DNA of 32,000 nucleotides from Actinacidiphila acididurans (GTDB lineage Bacteria; Actinomycetota; Actinomycetes; Streptomycetales; Streptomycetaceae): NCBI RefSeq assembly GCF_016918855.1, contig NZ_JADKYB010000007.1, positions 373,623 to 405,622 of the forward strand, read 5' to 3'. Shown piece by piece: positions 9,205 to 18,919 of this stretch (position 1 is its first letter; each line of letters starts with the position of its first letter). The notes under the pieces were generated by a model. It saw only the letters and a program-made list of their open reading frames with translations, ran no database searches and was not told where the DNA came from. The position numbers and the translations under genes were made by a program.

Positions 9205-9400
9205 GCGGTACGGGCACGTACGCTCGCCTACGTTCTCCCGCGCGCCTGCCGGTTGCGGTTCGGCTCCGTTCCGCCTCCGGCCTGCGCTGTGCGGCGGGCG
9301 CACGGAACGCACAGCTACCGCTTACGGCGGTCCGACACGCCGTGGGAAATGCTGTGCGCACCCCTTTACATTTGTCCTGACCCTGATGAGGAGAGTCGCT

Positions 9401-11212
9401 GTGAGCACCGAGAACGAAGCCGGGTCCTCCCAGCCGGCTGCGGAGTCGGCAGCAGCGGCACACGAGGGTGCCGCCAGCGACGGTGCCCAGGTGGCCCCCG
9501 CTGCTCCCCCCGTGCCTGCGGCCCCGCCCGCGGAGCCCGTCTCCGACCCGCGGCTGACGGACGAGCCGCGGGAACCGCGCACAGAGGTGCTGCCTACGCA
9601 GCCGCCGGTGCCGGCTTCGGCGCCCACGCCGCCGTCCGCCCCGGCACCTGGCGCTCCGATGCAGGCGCCGCCGCCGGTGGGGCCGCCGTCGCCGTACGGG
9701 CCGCCGCCGAATGAGCTGGCGCACGCGCCGCATCCTGCTCCTCCCGCGTCGGTACCTCCCGCCGCAGCGCCTCCCGCGCCCGCTGTGAGCGAGCCGCCCG
9801 CGCAACCCGCCGCTATTGCGCCGGATTCGGCGGCGAAGGCGGACGCGACACAAGGCGGCGGATATCCGGCGGGGCCGAACCCCGACGCGAGCCAGGGCCA
9901 GGGCCAGGGTCATGGCCCGAACCCGGACCCCTATGCCGTGCCGGCCACTCCGGCGTACGCCTCCTCGGGCGCGTACGCCGGGATGTCCTCCGGCGCGTAC
10001 GGCGGCACCAACGGCCCGGAGCCGGGCCAGCCGGGCGGGGGCGGCGGGACGCCGTGGCCCGGGTCCGTACCGCCGCAGGGCGACGGCTCGGGTGGCCGGC
10101 GACGCGGAGTCGGCGCCCTGGTGGCGGCCGTCGTGGTCGCCGCACTGGTGGCGGGCGGCGTCGGCGGCGGCATCGGCTACGAGGTGGCCAAGCACAACAA
10201 CGACAACTCGAACTCGACCACCATCTCGGCGCCGCAGAGCACCCAGGCGCTCAACCGGGCCCCCACATCGGTGGCGGGCATCGCGAACCGGGCGCTGCCC
10301 AGCGTGGTGACGATCAAGGCGAGCGGCAGCCAGGAGAGCGGTACGGGCACCGGGTTCGTCTACGACACGCAGGGCCACATCCTGACCAACAACCACGTGG
10401 TGGCGCCGGCGGCGGACTCGGGCGGCAAGCTGACCGTCACGTTCTCCAACGGCAACACGTACGACGCGTCGGTGGTCGGCCGGGCCCAGGGCTACGACGT
10501 GGCGGTCATCAAGCTGAAGAACGCCAGCGGGATCAAGCTGTCGCCGCTGCCGCTGGGCAACTCGGACGACGCGCAGGTGGGCGACGCGACGATCGCGATC
10601 GGTGCGCCGTTCGGCCTGTCCGGTACGGTGACTACGGGCATCGTGAGCGCGGTGCACCGCCCGGTGGCGTCGAGCGACGGCCAGGGCTCGGCGTCCTCGT
10701 ACATGAGCGCGATCCAGACGGACGCGTCGATCAACCCGGGCAACTCCGGTGGGCCGCTGCTGAACGCGACGGGCTCGGTGATCGGCATCAACTCGGCGAT
10801 CCAGCCGGGCGGCACCACGTCGCCGGGCAGCCAGGGCGGCAGCGTCGGCCTGGGCTTCGCGATCCCGATCAACCAGGCCAAGCGGGTCGCCGACCAGCTC
10901 ATCAGGACCGGCCAGCCGGTCTACCCGGTGATGAAGGTGAGCCTGGACACGCAGTACCAGGGCGACGGGGCCCGGATCGGCACCTCCGCCGACTCGGTCA
11001 CCGCGGGCGGCCCGGGCGCCCAGGCGGGCCTGAAGCCCGGTGACGTGATCACCAAGTTCGACGACACGATCATCGACAGCGGCCAGACCCTGATCGGCGA
11101 GATCTGGACCCACTCCCCGGGCGACAAGGCCACCCTCACCTACACCCGCAACGGCTCCACCCACACCACCACGGTCACCCTCGGCAGCCGCGTGGGCGAC
11201 TCCCCCAACTGA
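9401..11212 (+). CDS. HtrA/DegP-type S1C serine protease with a Pro-rich N-terminus, a TM segment and a C-terminal PDZ domain
   Basis: The start is a GTG at 9401, 7 nt after GAGGAG. The catalytic triad context is NNHVV, YDVAVIKL and GNSGGPL. The TM segment is GALVAAVVVAALVAGGV. A PDZ-like stretch GLKPGDVITKFDD is present. Confidence 0.88.
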   Translation: MSTENEAGSSQPAAESAAAAHEGAASDGAQVAPAAPPVPAAPPAEPVSDPRLTDEPREPRTEVLPTQPPVPASAPTPPSAPAPGAPMQAPPPVGPPSPYGPPPNELAHAPHPAPPASVPPAAAPPAPAVSEPPAQPAAIAPDSAAKADATQGGGYPAGPNPDASQGQGQGHGPNPDPYAVPATPAYASSGAYAGMSSGAYGGTNGPEPGQPGGGGGTPWPGSVPPQGDGSGGRRRGVGALVAAVVVAALVAGGVGGGIGYEVAKHNNDNSNSTTISAPQSTQALNRAPTSVAGIANRALPSVVTIKASGSQESGTGTGFVYDTQGHILTNNHVVAPAADSGGKLTVTFSNGNTYDASVVGRAQGYDVAVIKLKNASGIKLSPLPLGNSDDAQVGDATIAIGAPFGLSGTVTTGIVSAVHRPVASSDGQGSASSYMSAIQTDASINPGNSGGPLLNATGSVIGINSAIQPGGTTSPGSQGGSVGLGFAIPINQAKRVADQLIRTGQPVYPVMKVSLDTQYQGDGARIGTSADSVTAGGPGAQAGLKPGDVITKFDDTIIDSGQTLIGEIWTHSPGDKATLTYTRNGSTHTTTVTLGSRVGDSPN

Positions 11213-11269
11213 CCACCCACTAAGCTGTCCCCCGGGACGCCGCCACCCCACCCCCGGCGGCCCTCCCGG

Positions 11270-11356
11270 GGAGGCTTGCCCGAGCGGCCGAAGGGAACGG
11301 TCTTGAAAACCGTCGTGGCAGCGATGTCACCGTGGGTTCAAATCCCACAGCCTCCG
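11270..11356 (+). tRNA. tRNA-Ser (anticodon UGA), with a long variable arm
   Basis: The acceptor GGAGGCU pairs with AGCCUCC. The anticodon stem is ACGGT/ACCGT with loop CTTGAAA. The variable arm is long and the T-loop is GGTTCAAATCC. CCA is not encoded. Confidence 0.9.
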
Positions 11357-11363
11357 CGCAGGT
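11298..11363 (+). repeat. Direct repeat copy 1 (att-like), covering the 3' two-thirds of tRNA-Ser plus 7 nt
   Basis: It is identical to 18709-18773 apart from one A missing from the second copy, in the anticodon-loop A-run. Confidence 0.9.
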
Positions 11364-11380
11364 AGTAAACGCGCAGGTGG

Positions 11381-11410
11381 GGGCGGGTCCCGGTTCTCCG
11401 GGGCCCGCCC
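11381..11410 (+). terminator. Strong GC hairpin just downstream of the tRNA
   Basis: GGGCGGGTCCCGG and CCGGGGCCCGCCC form a 13-bp stem with one G-U pair and a TTCT loop. Confidence 0.5.
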
Positions 11411-11637
11411 CCTGCGTATTGGGTAGAGCCCCTCGTGACCAGAACTGGCGAGGCCCCTACGGACCGGGACCTGCTCCTTCCGCCGGCTCGGCATGGGGAG
11501 GGGCTGAGCGGAAGGCCTTGGGCTCCGAGGGCCTGAATGTCCATTGCTGGCAGCCGGTTTGGGGCACGTCTGCGGCAAATTGCTCCCATCGGTGTCTTTT
11601 TCTGACGTAGCCTGATCACTGTCCGCATCGGGTGTGT

Positions 11638-12628
11638 CCTGTGGGGGGCTGGCTTGTGGCGGTTGAGTTGCCGGGGCCGGTGGTGTCGTTCCTGAGCGTC
11701 GTCGGGATCAGCTGGCCGAACGTCAACGAGGACAAGGTGCGGGAGTTCGCCTCGCACATCCGGGAGTTCGCCTCGGCGGTGGACACCACCCACCAGCAGG
11801 CCACGGCCACCGTCAAGGAGCTGGGGGCTCACTACAAGGGGGCCTCCTACGAGGCGCTGCTGGCCGCGTGGGGTGAGAAGTCCTCCACGCACATGGCCGA
11901 GTTGGTCAGCCTGTGCCACGGGGTGGCCACCGCGCTGGACGTGGCCGCGGGCGTGATCGTGACGATGAAGGGCGAGTGCATCGCCGAACTCATCGGCCTG
12001 GCAACCGCGTTCGTGGCGGAGCAGGCGGCGGCGGTGGAGACGCTGGGGTTGTCGGAGGCGGCGGCAGCGGCGACGGTGAAGCTGGCCGAGAAGGCCGTGC
12101 AGGTCCTGGAGGACCAGCTCACCCAGTACATCATCGCCGAGGTCATCGAAGCGGCCCTGGACCCCCTGGTCGAAGCCGTCGGCAAGGCGGCGAGCGGGCT
12201 GATGTTCAAGGCCACCGAGGACGCCCTCGGCGTGGACACCGACGGATGGGACGGCGGCCCCGGCTTCGAGATCCACCCGTCCATGCTGACCTTCCACGCC
12301 ACCACGATGCACGGCCACGCCGAGACCGTCACCGGCCACGCCACAACCCTGCAGACCAAGCTCGCCGGGGTGAACTTCCAGTGACCAACCGCATCGTCGC
12401 AGCCCTGGAACACGCCGCGACCAGGCTCGGCAAGACCCTGGGCGAGGACGCCGGCAAGGCGGTCGGGGATCTGTACCACTCCACCGGCCACAACCTGACC
12501 GGCATCGCCGAGGACACCACCGCAGCCGACCTCAAGCACGAAACAGCCCTGCGGGGCCTCATGCACGACACCAAACAGCCCTCCGTCCACGCACCCCACG
12601 ACGTCAGCGACACCGGGCACCTCCCCCA
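11638..12628. repeat. Left arm of an inverted repeat of about 1 kb (helper gene plus the first ~80 codons of Rhs)
   Basis: It matches the reverse complement of 26711-27700. The encoded helper proteins differ at under 10 of about 242 residues. The Rhs N-termini are identical apart from a few substitutions up to HAPHDVSD.GHLPH. Confidence 0.85.
11656..12384 (+). CDS. ESX/T7SS-substrate-like helical protein (WXG100-like / CpnT-N-terminal-like domain), a putative Rhs helper
   Basis: The motif ELPGPVVSFLSVVGISWPNVNEDKVREFA resembles the actinobacterial WP..(D/N)ED..(L/V)R N-terminal toxin domain. The rest is an Ala-rich helical region. The preferred start is the GTG at 11656, after a G-run, where homology to copy 2 begins. 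The stop overlaps the Rhs start as GTGA. Confidence 0.7.
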   Translation: MAVELPGPVVSFLSVVGISWPNVNEDKVREFASHIREFASAVDTTHQQATATVKELGAHYKGASYEALLAAWGEKSSTHMAELVSLCHGVATALDVAAGVIVTMKGECIAELIGLATAFVAEQAAAVETLGLSEAAAAATVKLAEKAVQVLEDQLTQYIIAEVIEAALDPLVEAVGKAASGLMFKATEDALGVDTDGWDGGPGFEIHPSMLTFHATTMHGHAETVTGHATTLQTKLAGVNFQ

Positions 12629-15600
12629 TCAGCAAGGCGACGAGCCGCCGCTGGGCGGTGAACACGCCCCCGGGCAGCCCTCGGAGGGCAACGGCGGCTG
12701 CACCACAGGCGGCGACCCCGTCGACGTCGTCTCCGGCCAGATGATCACCTCCGCCACCGACATCGACCTGCCCGGCCTGCTGCCCGTGGTGCTGCGCCGC
12801 GCCTACGCCTCCGGCTACACCGGCGGACGCTGGTTCGGCCCAGGGTGGGCCTCAACCCTCGACCAGCGCATCCAGATCGATCCCGACGGCATCCACTACG
12901 CCGGCGAGGACGCCGAAATCCAGCACTACCCCCTGCCCACCGACCAGCAACCAAGCGTTCTGCCCATACGCGGCCCGCAACGCCCCCTGATCTGGGACCG
13001 GGACACCGACACCATCCGCATCGAGGACACCGCCACCGGTGTCACCCGCCACTTCGCCACCCCACCTGCACCTGGGGCACAGACTCGTACGATCACCGCG
13101 CTGACCGACCGCAACGGCCACCGCATCGACTACCTCACCGGGCCCGACGGCCTGCCGACAGAAATCCGCCACACCGGCGGCTACCGCGTAGCCGTCGACA
13201 CCACCCGCACCCTCACCGGGCCCCGCATCAGCGGCCTGCGCCTGATCCACGACGGCACGAGCACGCGGATTCTCCAATACAGCTACGACGGCCGTGGCCG
13301 CCTGACCGCTCTCACCGATTCCACCGGCCTGCCACTGACGTACGCCTACGACGACCACGACCGGATCACCTCCTGGACCGACCGCAACAACCACTGGTAC
13401 GCCTACGAATACGGCTCCGACGGCCGCGTCACCCGAGGCCACGGCCCCCAAGGCGCCCTCCAAGCCCACTTCGCATACGACACCGAGGCCCGCGTCACCA
13501 CCATCACCGACAGCCTGGGCGCCCGCACCGAATACCACTACGACCGCCACGGCCACCTCACCACGGTCGTCGACCCCCTCGGCGGCACCGTCCACACCGA
13601 ACACGACCCGTACGGCCAGCTCCTGTCACGCACTGACTAGCTCGGCCGCACCACCCGCCTGGCCAGGAACTCCCAAGGGGACGTCACCGGTGTGGAACGG
13701 CCCGACGGCACCGTGGTGCGGATCGCGTACGACGCACGGCGCCTGCCCGCCGAGGTCGTCGCGCCCGACGGCGCGACCTGGCGTCAGGCGTTCGACGCGA
13801 GGGGCAACCGCACCGAGGTCACTGACGCCGCCGGGGCCACGACCCGCTTCGCTTACGACGACGACGGTCGTGCGACCTCGGTGACGAATCCCGCCGGTCA
13901 CACGACCCTGGTGCGATGTGACGAGGCCGGGTTGCCGGTTGAGGTCATCGACCCGCTCGGGGCGGCCACACGCTATCGCCGTGACGCCTTCGGCCGGATC
14001 ATCGACGTCACCGATCCCCTGGGCAATACAACCGGCTACAAGTGGTCGGTCGAGGGACGACCGCTGTCGCGTACCGAACCCGACGGCGCCAGGCACGCCT
14101 GGGACTACGACGCGGAAGGCAACACGACCCGGCACACCGACCCCTCGGGCGCGGTCACCGCCCTGACGTACACGCACTTCGGCCTGGCCACGGATCGAAC
14201 CGACCCCGACGGCGCCCGCTACACCTTCGTGTACGACACGGAGCTGCGCCTGGTTCAGGTGACCCAGCCGCAGGGCCTGACCTGGAACTACCGCCACGAC
14301 GCAGCCGGGCGGGTGATCGGCGAAACCGACTTCGACGGCCGGTCGCTCACGTATACCTACGACGCCGCTGGGCGGTTGACCACCCGTACCAACGGCCTCG
14401 GCCAGACGATCGCCTACCACTTGGACGCGCTGGGCCGCGTCGTCAGGAAGGACGCGAACGGCGCCGTCACCCAATACGCCTACGACCGTGCCGGGCGTCT
14501 TCTGAGCGCGCGCGACGGCATCACCGAGCTGATCCGCGGCTACGACCCCGTAGGCCGCCTGCTGTCCGAGAGCGTCGACGGACGCACCCTCGACCTCGCC
14601 TACGACGGTCTCGGCAGGCTTACCCGTCGCCGCACCCCTTCCGGAAGCGAGAGCCGGTGGACGTACGACCCGGCCGGCAACCCGACGTCGCTGGACGCGG
14701 ACGGGCACCGCGTCGACTTCGACCACGACGCCGCCGGACAGGAGACCCTCCGCCGCCTCGGCTCCGAACTGCGCCTTGCCTTCGTCTGGGACGCCTCCTA
14801 CCGCCTCACCGACCAGACCCTGTCCAGCACGGCCGCCACGGCCATCGGCCCGGCCCCCGAACACCTGCTGCACCGCTCCTACGCCTTCCGGGCCGACGGC
14901 AACCTGACGTCCTTCAGCGGCCAGACGGCCGGGCAGTCCGCCGAGGCCGTCCACTACGACCTCGATCCTGCCGGCCGGGTCACTGCCGTCCGAGGAGGCA
15001 CCTGGACCGAACAGTACGTCTACGACCGCGCGGGCCACCCCGTAGCGGCCGACCTCACGACTCCCCAGTCCCAGGCCGGACACGGTCCCCGTGCCTACGA
15101 CGGCGCCCGGCTGCGCACCGCCGGCCGCCTCCATTACAGCTACGACGCCCAGGGCCGGGTCACCGCCCGTCGCAGTACGACCCTGTCCGGCCGGCCCTCC
15201 ACCTGGACGTACTCCTGGGACGTCGAGGACCGTCTCACCGACGTCACGACCCCCGACGGGCAGCACTGGCACTACCGCTACGACCCCCTCGGCCGCCGTA
15301 TCGGCAAGCAGCACGTCGTGCAGGAAACCGACGATGCCCAGGGCCTGAGCGCCTGGGAACGGACGCACTACACCTGGCACGGCCCCACCCTGGTCGAACA
15401 AACCGCCCAGGGCCCCCACCTGCCCGGCCCCTACACCCTCACCTGGGACTACCGCGGCCTGCATCCCATCGCCCAGCGTGAACAACTGGCCTCCAACGCC
15501 AGCCAGGACGAAATCGACCGCAGATTCTTCGCCGTCGTCACCGACCTCATCGGCACCCCAACACACCTCTACGCCCCCGACGGCACCCTCGCCTGGCAGC

Positions 15601-16283
15601 AGCGCACCACCGTGTGGGGCACCACGGTCCACTCCACCGCCAGCCGGACCACCACCCCGCTACGGCTGCCCGGCCAGTACGCGGATCCCGAATCCGGGCT
15701 CCACTACAACCTCCACCGCTACTACGACCCCGCCACCGCTCGCTACCTCAGCCCGGACCCGCTGGGCCCGGCCCCCGCACCCGACCCGTACGGCTACGTC
15801 GACAACCCCCTGCTGTGGACCGACCCCCTCGGCCTCACCGCCCACTGCGGCACCGGCACGGGCGACGATCCGGTTACTGTGTACCGGGCTCAGTCGGACC
15901 ATCCCCTGAGCCAACGCCTCTCGGTGGACAGTGAAGGGAATGTGTCGATCGCTGGGGACCAGATGCTGCACTTGAATATGAGTGGAGACATCTCACACAG
16001 TGAGACGTTCCGCGGATCGGGCAGCAGGATCATCGCCTTCGATGTACCCCGCTCATTTGTCGATCGAGTGAGAGCTTCGGCCGTCAGGCAAGATGAGGCC
16101 CGCGGTATGAGCCGCCGGAAGTGGAATATCCACTCCAATGGCCGCCCGCAGGTGGACGATCCGACCAAGGGGCCCGATCTCTACGGAATTCCTGCAAACC
16201 TGTTCGACCCCGCGTGGGAGCACGGAGACTTCTCCGCCTTGCTGGGAGCGATAATCCCGGGCTCAGGAAGAGTGGTGCGATGA
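12381..16283 (+). pseudogene. Rhs/YD-repeat polymorphic toxin (Rhs1) interrupted by a single in-frame TAG at 13638-13640
   Basis: A DUF6531-like plug is present (DPVDVVSGQM, RWFGPGWAST), followed by dozens of YD repeats. The core ends PGQYADPESGLHYNLHRYYDP...YVDNPLLWTDPLGL. ORFs 12381-13640 and 13692-16283 share one frame, and the 51 nt between them still read as a YD repeat. Confidence 0.8.
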
Positions 16284-16819
16284 TGTCCGAGATGCGCGAT
16301 CACACGTCGGCCGACGGGAGCAGCGACGAGCTCGAGCGCCTGGTCAACCGTCCCTCCGTGCCACTGGGTCCGTTGTCCAGCTTTTTCGTCGAGTTGAGTG
16401 ATTGGCGCGAGGTCGACGACTTCGGACGCAAGGTGAGATCTGTCATCGAAGCCGGAGTGCGGATCTCGCGCGAAGCCGACTTCGACGCGGACGAGCTCCC
16501 CGAGTCAGGTGTACCGGTGTGGGCGATCGAGCACTGGGAGGACGGCGCCCCGCGCTATTCCCTGCATCGGGGAGAAAGCGGTTGGACGACTCAGGATTTC
16601 CTCTATTCGTACGATCCGGGCAGGCGGGCCTGGTCCTGGTGGGACGTCACTCTCGCTGCCGGGAACATCGTTCAGGTCTGGGTCGATTCCCGGGGAGAAG
16701 CCGTCTTTCCGTGCGATGATCTGAGGTGGGCCTTCTACATGTGCGGTGCCCGCACCGTCGTGGGTCCGTTGCTGGAGCCCCCGGAGCAATGGGAGCGGCA
16801 ACCGTCCGTGGGATTGTGA
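16280..16819 (+). CDS. Candidate cognate immunity protein for the Rhs1 tip
   Basis: Its ATG overlaps the Rhs1 stop as ATGA at 16280-16283. The 179-aa acidic, Trp-rich protein has no secretion signal. The assignment rests on position only. Confidence 0.55.
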   Translation: MMSEMRDHTSADGSSDELERLVNRPSVPLGPLSSFFVELSDWREVDDFGRKVRSVIEAGVRISREADFDADELPESGVPVWAIEHWEDGAPRYSLHRGESGWTTQDFLYSYDPGRRAWSWWDVTLAAGNIVQVWVDSRGEAVFPCDDLRWAFYMCGARTVVGPLLEPPEQWERQPSVGL

Positions 16820-16843
16820 CGACCCGCCTGCCCTGGACGTCCC

Positions 16844-17440
16844 TCACGAGCGCAGGTGGGCCAGCAAGTGGTCCTCGACGGGATACGGGGCCTCCGCGGG
16901 GAGGAGCTGCTCGGCTTTCGTCCCGTTCCCCTCACGAAGGAGGTTGTGGATCCGGTGTACGCACGGCGTGATGTCGGTGATGGCGAGCGTCCACTCGTCC
17001 GCGTACCGTCGGGCCGCCTCGCCAGCAAGGCCCAGTTGCAGCGAGCGATGAGGAAGGGGCCGCATGTGCACATCGCGTTCAGGATCCCACTGCACACGAG
17101 CGGCGGCTTGTTTCAGCTGGCGTTTCCATGTGGCCCGGTCGGCGTGCAGGCCTGGTTTGTAGTGTGACAGGCAGGCGTGGCTCAGCGCCCACGCGAAGCC
17201 GGCGCGGGACATCTCGATGGCGAGGACCGTCTCCTGGCCGTCGTTGGTGGCCCAGCCGCAGCGGTACATCATCCACAGGAACGACGGCTTGATCCATGTC
17301 ATCCGGTCCCGCTGCCAGGTCTCCGGGAAGCGACCGTCCCTTGCTGCGGGCAAGCCGATGTGCGCCGGGTACGCCTGGTACACGGTGATTGTCGTCGCTG
17401 TGAAGCTGGCGCGGATCCGGTATGTCGCTGCGTCTGTCAC
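16844..17440 (-). CDS. DUF4291-like protein
   Basis: The stretch TITVYQAY...RMTWIKPSFLWMMYRCGW...VQWDPERD matches my memory of DUF4291. A GTG start at 17440 gives 199 aa, typical of the family. The longest ORF extends to 17536. Confidence 0.6.
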   Translation of the reverse strand: MTDAATYRIRASFTATTITVYQAYPAHIGLPAARDGRFPETWQRDRMTWIKPSFLWMMYRCGWATNDGQETVLAIEMSRAGFAWALSHACLSHYKPGLHADRATWKRQLKQAAARVQWDPERDVHMRPLPHRSLQLGLAGEAARRYADEWTLAITDITPCVHRIHNLLREGNGTKAEQLLPAEAPYPVEDHLLAHLRS

Positions 17441-17691
17441 AGCTAAAGAGTGCGGTGGGCCCGCAGCGGATGACCACTTGTTTTGCGGTGCCGCATGAGG
17501 ACGGAGCCACCGATGGCCGAGAGGGCTGTCCGTCACCTCGGGAACAACCCGTCCGCGTCATGGGGAAGGTGAGCAGGCGGGGAGGCCACCACGGCCGGCA
17601 ACGCTTACACCGCTGCCCGGCCACTGCTGGGTTTACCGGGCCGGGACAGAAGGCACGCGATAGCTTCCTCCCAGCGAGGAGGGGAGATTCG

Positions 17692-18492
17692 GTGGATCTA
17701 CGGTCGATGCCAACCAGATTCACGCGCTTACGCCGTGTGCTCGTGGGCCTGCTGGGGACAGGGTCGTTGGGGACAGGAGTATGCGCGGTGTTCGTGACCG
17801 AGAACGGGACGGGCACGGGGGTGCTGCTCGGTCTCGGTGGCGTGCTGCTGGTTCTCGCGCTGTTCGAGGATCGCTTGGAGAGCTTCGAATTCGGGGGAGC
17901 CAAGCTCAGGCTTCGCGCGGCCGCCGCGGACACGTACGCACTCGCGGAGGAGGCGGAACGCCAAGGGGACAGCAGCACCGCGCGCCGTCTGCGCGAGGAG
18001 GCACGGGCCCTGCTGGGCGTGGCCGAGCCTGCGGCAGCCGAGTACCGAGCGTTGCGTGATTCGATGGCGCCTGGGCCGGAGCGCACTCGCGCTCTTGAGG
18101 AGCATGTTGCTCGCACGCGCCGTCGGGCGAAGGAGGAGCGATTCGAGCCGGCGGAGGTTCTGCGTTGGCTGCGGGAGGGAAACGAAGAGCAACGTGTCAC
18201 CGCCTTGGTTCTGATGCAGGCCTTACGGGAGTTGCGGGACTTCGAGGCCGTGCTGGACGCCATCGGGCACTCGTACAGTGCTTTCGAGCAGTACCACGCG
18301 ATGCGGCTTGCTGTGGATATGGTCGACGATCTCGACGCTCGGCAGCTCAGGCGGCTTGCCGAAACGGTCACCTCGCAGCGCGGGTACAGATTCTTCCGCG
18401 GCGGGGATCGGTGGACCCTGAGCGGGAACATCCTCGAGAAGATCAGCGCTCGATCAAGCGACACGCCAGCCGGGGACGACTTGGCCAGGTGA
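17692..18492 (+). CDS. Hypothetical membrane protein (two predicted TM helices plus a helical Arg/Glu-rich C-terminal domain)
   Basis: The start is a GTG at 17692, 5 nt after GAGGAGGGGAG. The hydrophobic segments are VLVGLLGTGSLGTGVCAVFV and GVLLGLGGVLLVLALF. GC3 is high. Confidence 0.6.
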   Translation: MDLRSMPTRFTRLRRVLVGLLGTGSLGTGVCAVFVTENGTGTGVLLGLGGVLLVLALFEDRLESFEFGGAKLRLRAAAADTYALAEEAERQGDSSTARRLREEARALLGVAEPAAAEYRALRDSMAPGPERTRALEEHVARTRRRAKEERFEPAEVLRWLREGNEEQRVTALVLMQALRELRDFEAVLDAIGHSYSAFEQYHAMRLAVDMVDDLDARQLRRLAETVTSQRGYRFFRGGDRWTLSGNILEKISARSSDTPAGDDLAR

Positions 18493-18708
18493 GGTACAGC
18501 CCACCTGCATCACGATAGATCTTTGGCCAGGGCGCTGTGCTCTTGTCCTGCACGGGCGCTCCCGACGATGTCCGCCTTGTAAGGGCGGATGTCGCCACTG
18601 GAACTCTGCACGGAAGCCGTGGCCAACCTGTGGTCAGCGCGCCCTGGCCACAGGGCCGCCACCCGGCCTTGCCGCTGGTCAGCCCGCCTGTGCATCCGCC
18701 GCCCGAGC

Positions 18709-18773
18709 CGGTCTTGAAACCGTCGTGGCAGCGATGTCACCGTGGGTTCAAATCCCACAGCCTCCGCGCAGGT
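18709..18773 (+). repeat. Direct repeat copy 2 (att-like): a partial tRNA-Ser 3' fragment
   Basis: It reads CGGTCTTGAAA-CCGTCGTGGCAGCGATGTCACCGTGGGTTCAAATCCCACAGCCTCCGCGCAGGT. The tRNA 5' half is absent. Confidence 0.9.
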
Positions 18774-18919
18774 CAGCGTTTTAGCTGGTCAGATGGCGTG
18801 CTCCGGGTTCCGGGGCACGCCATCTGTGTGTGACCTGTCTCACTCCTGACCGCCTGAATCCCACTGTCGACCAGTGCGTGTGGACCAGGCGTGGACCGGA
18901 TTCGCTGGCTGCGGGCTCC

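Larger units (their letters stand above)
11357..18773. mobile_element. Integrase-less genomic islet bounded by tRNA-Ser and its 65-bp direct repeat
   Basis: The 65-bp direct repeats bound it on both sides. The cargo is a toxin/immunity module. No recombinase is found inside it. An integrase remnant lies just beyond the right repeat. Confidence 0.65.

Noticed and set aside
9893-9915. The (CCAGGG)x3 microsatellite and Pro/Ala-rich repeats in the HtrA 5' region
   Set aside because: They are in-frame low-complexity coding sequence (SQGQGQGHG and poly-Pro/Ala linkers), typical of actinobacterial HtrA N-termini. They do not form a separate feature.
13638-13640. The TAG in Rhs1 as programmed readthrough or a recoded amino acid (for example pyrrolysine)
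   Set aside because: No such recoding system is known in Streptomyces-like actinomycetes. No recoding signal is visible. A simple nonsense mutation or base-call error is the more economical explanation.
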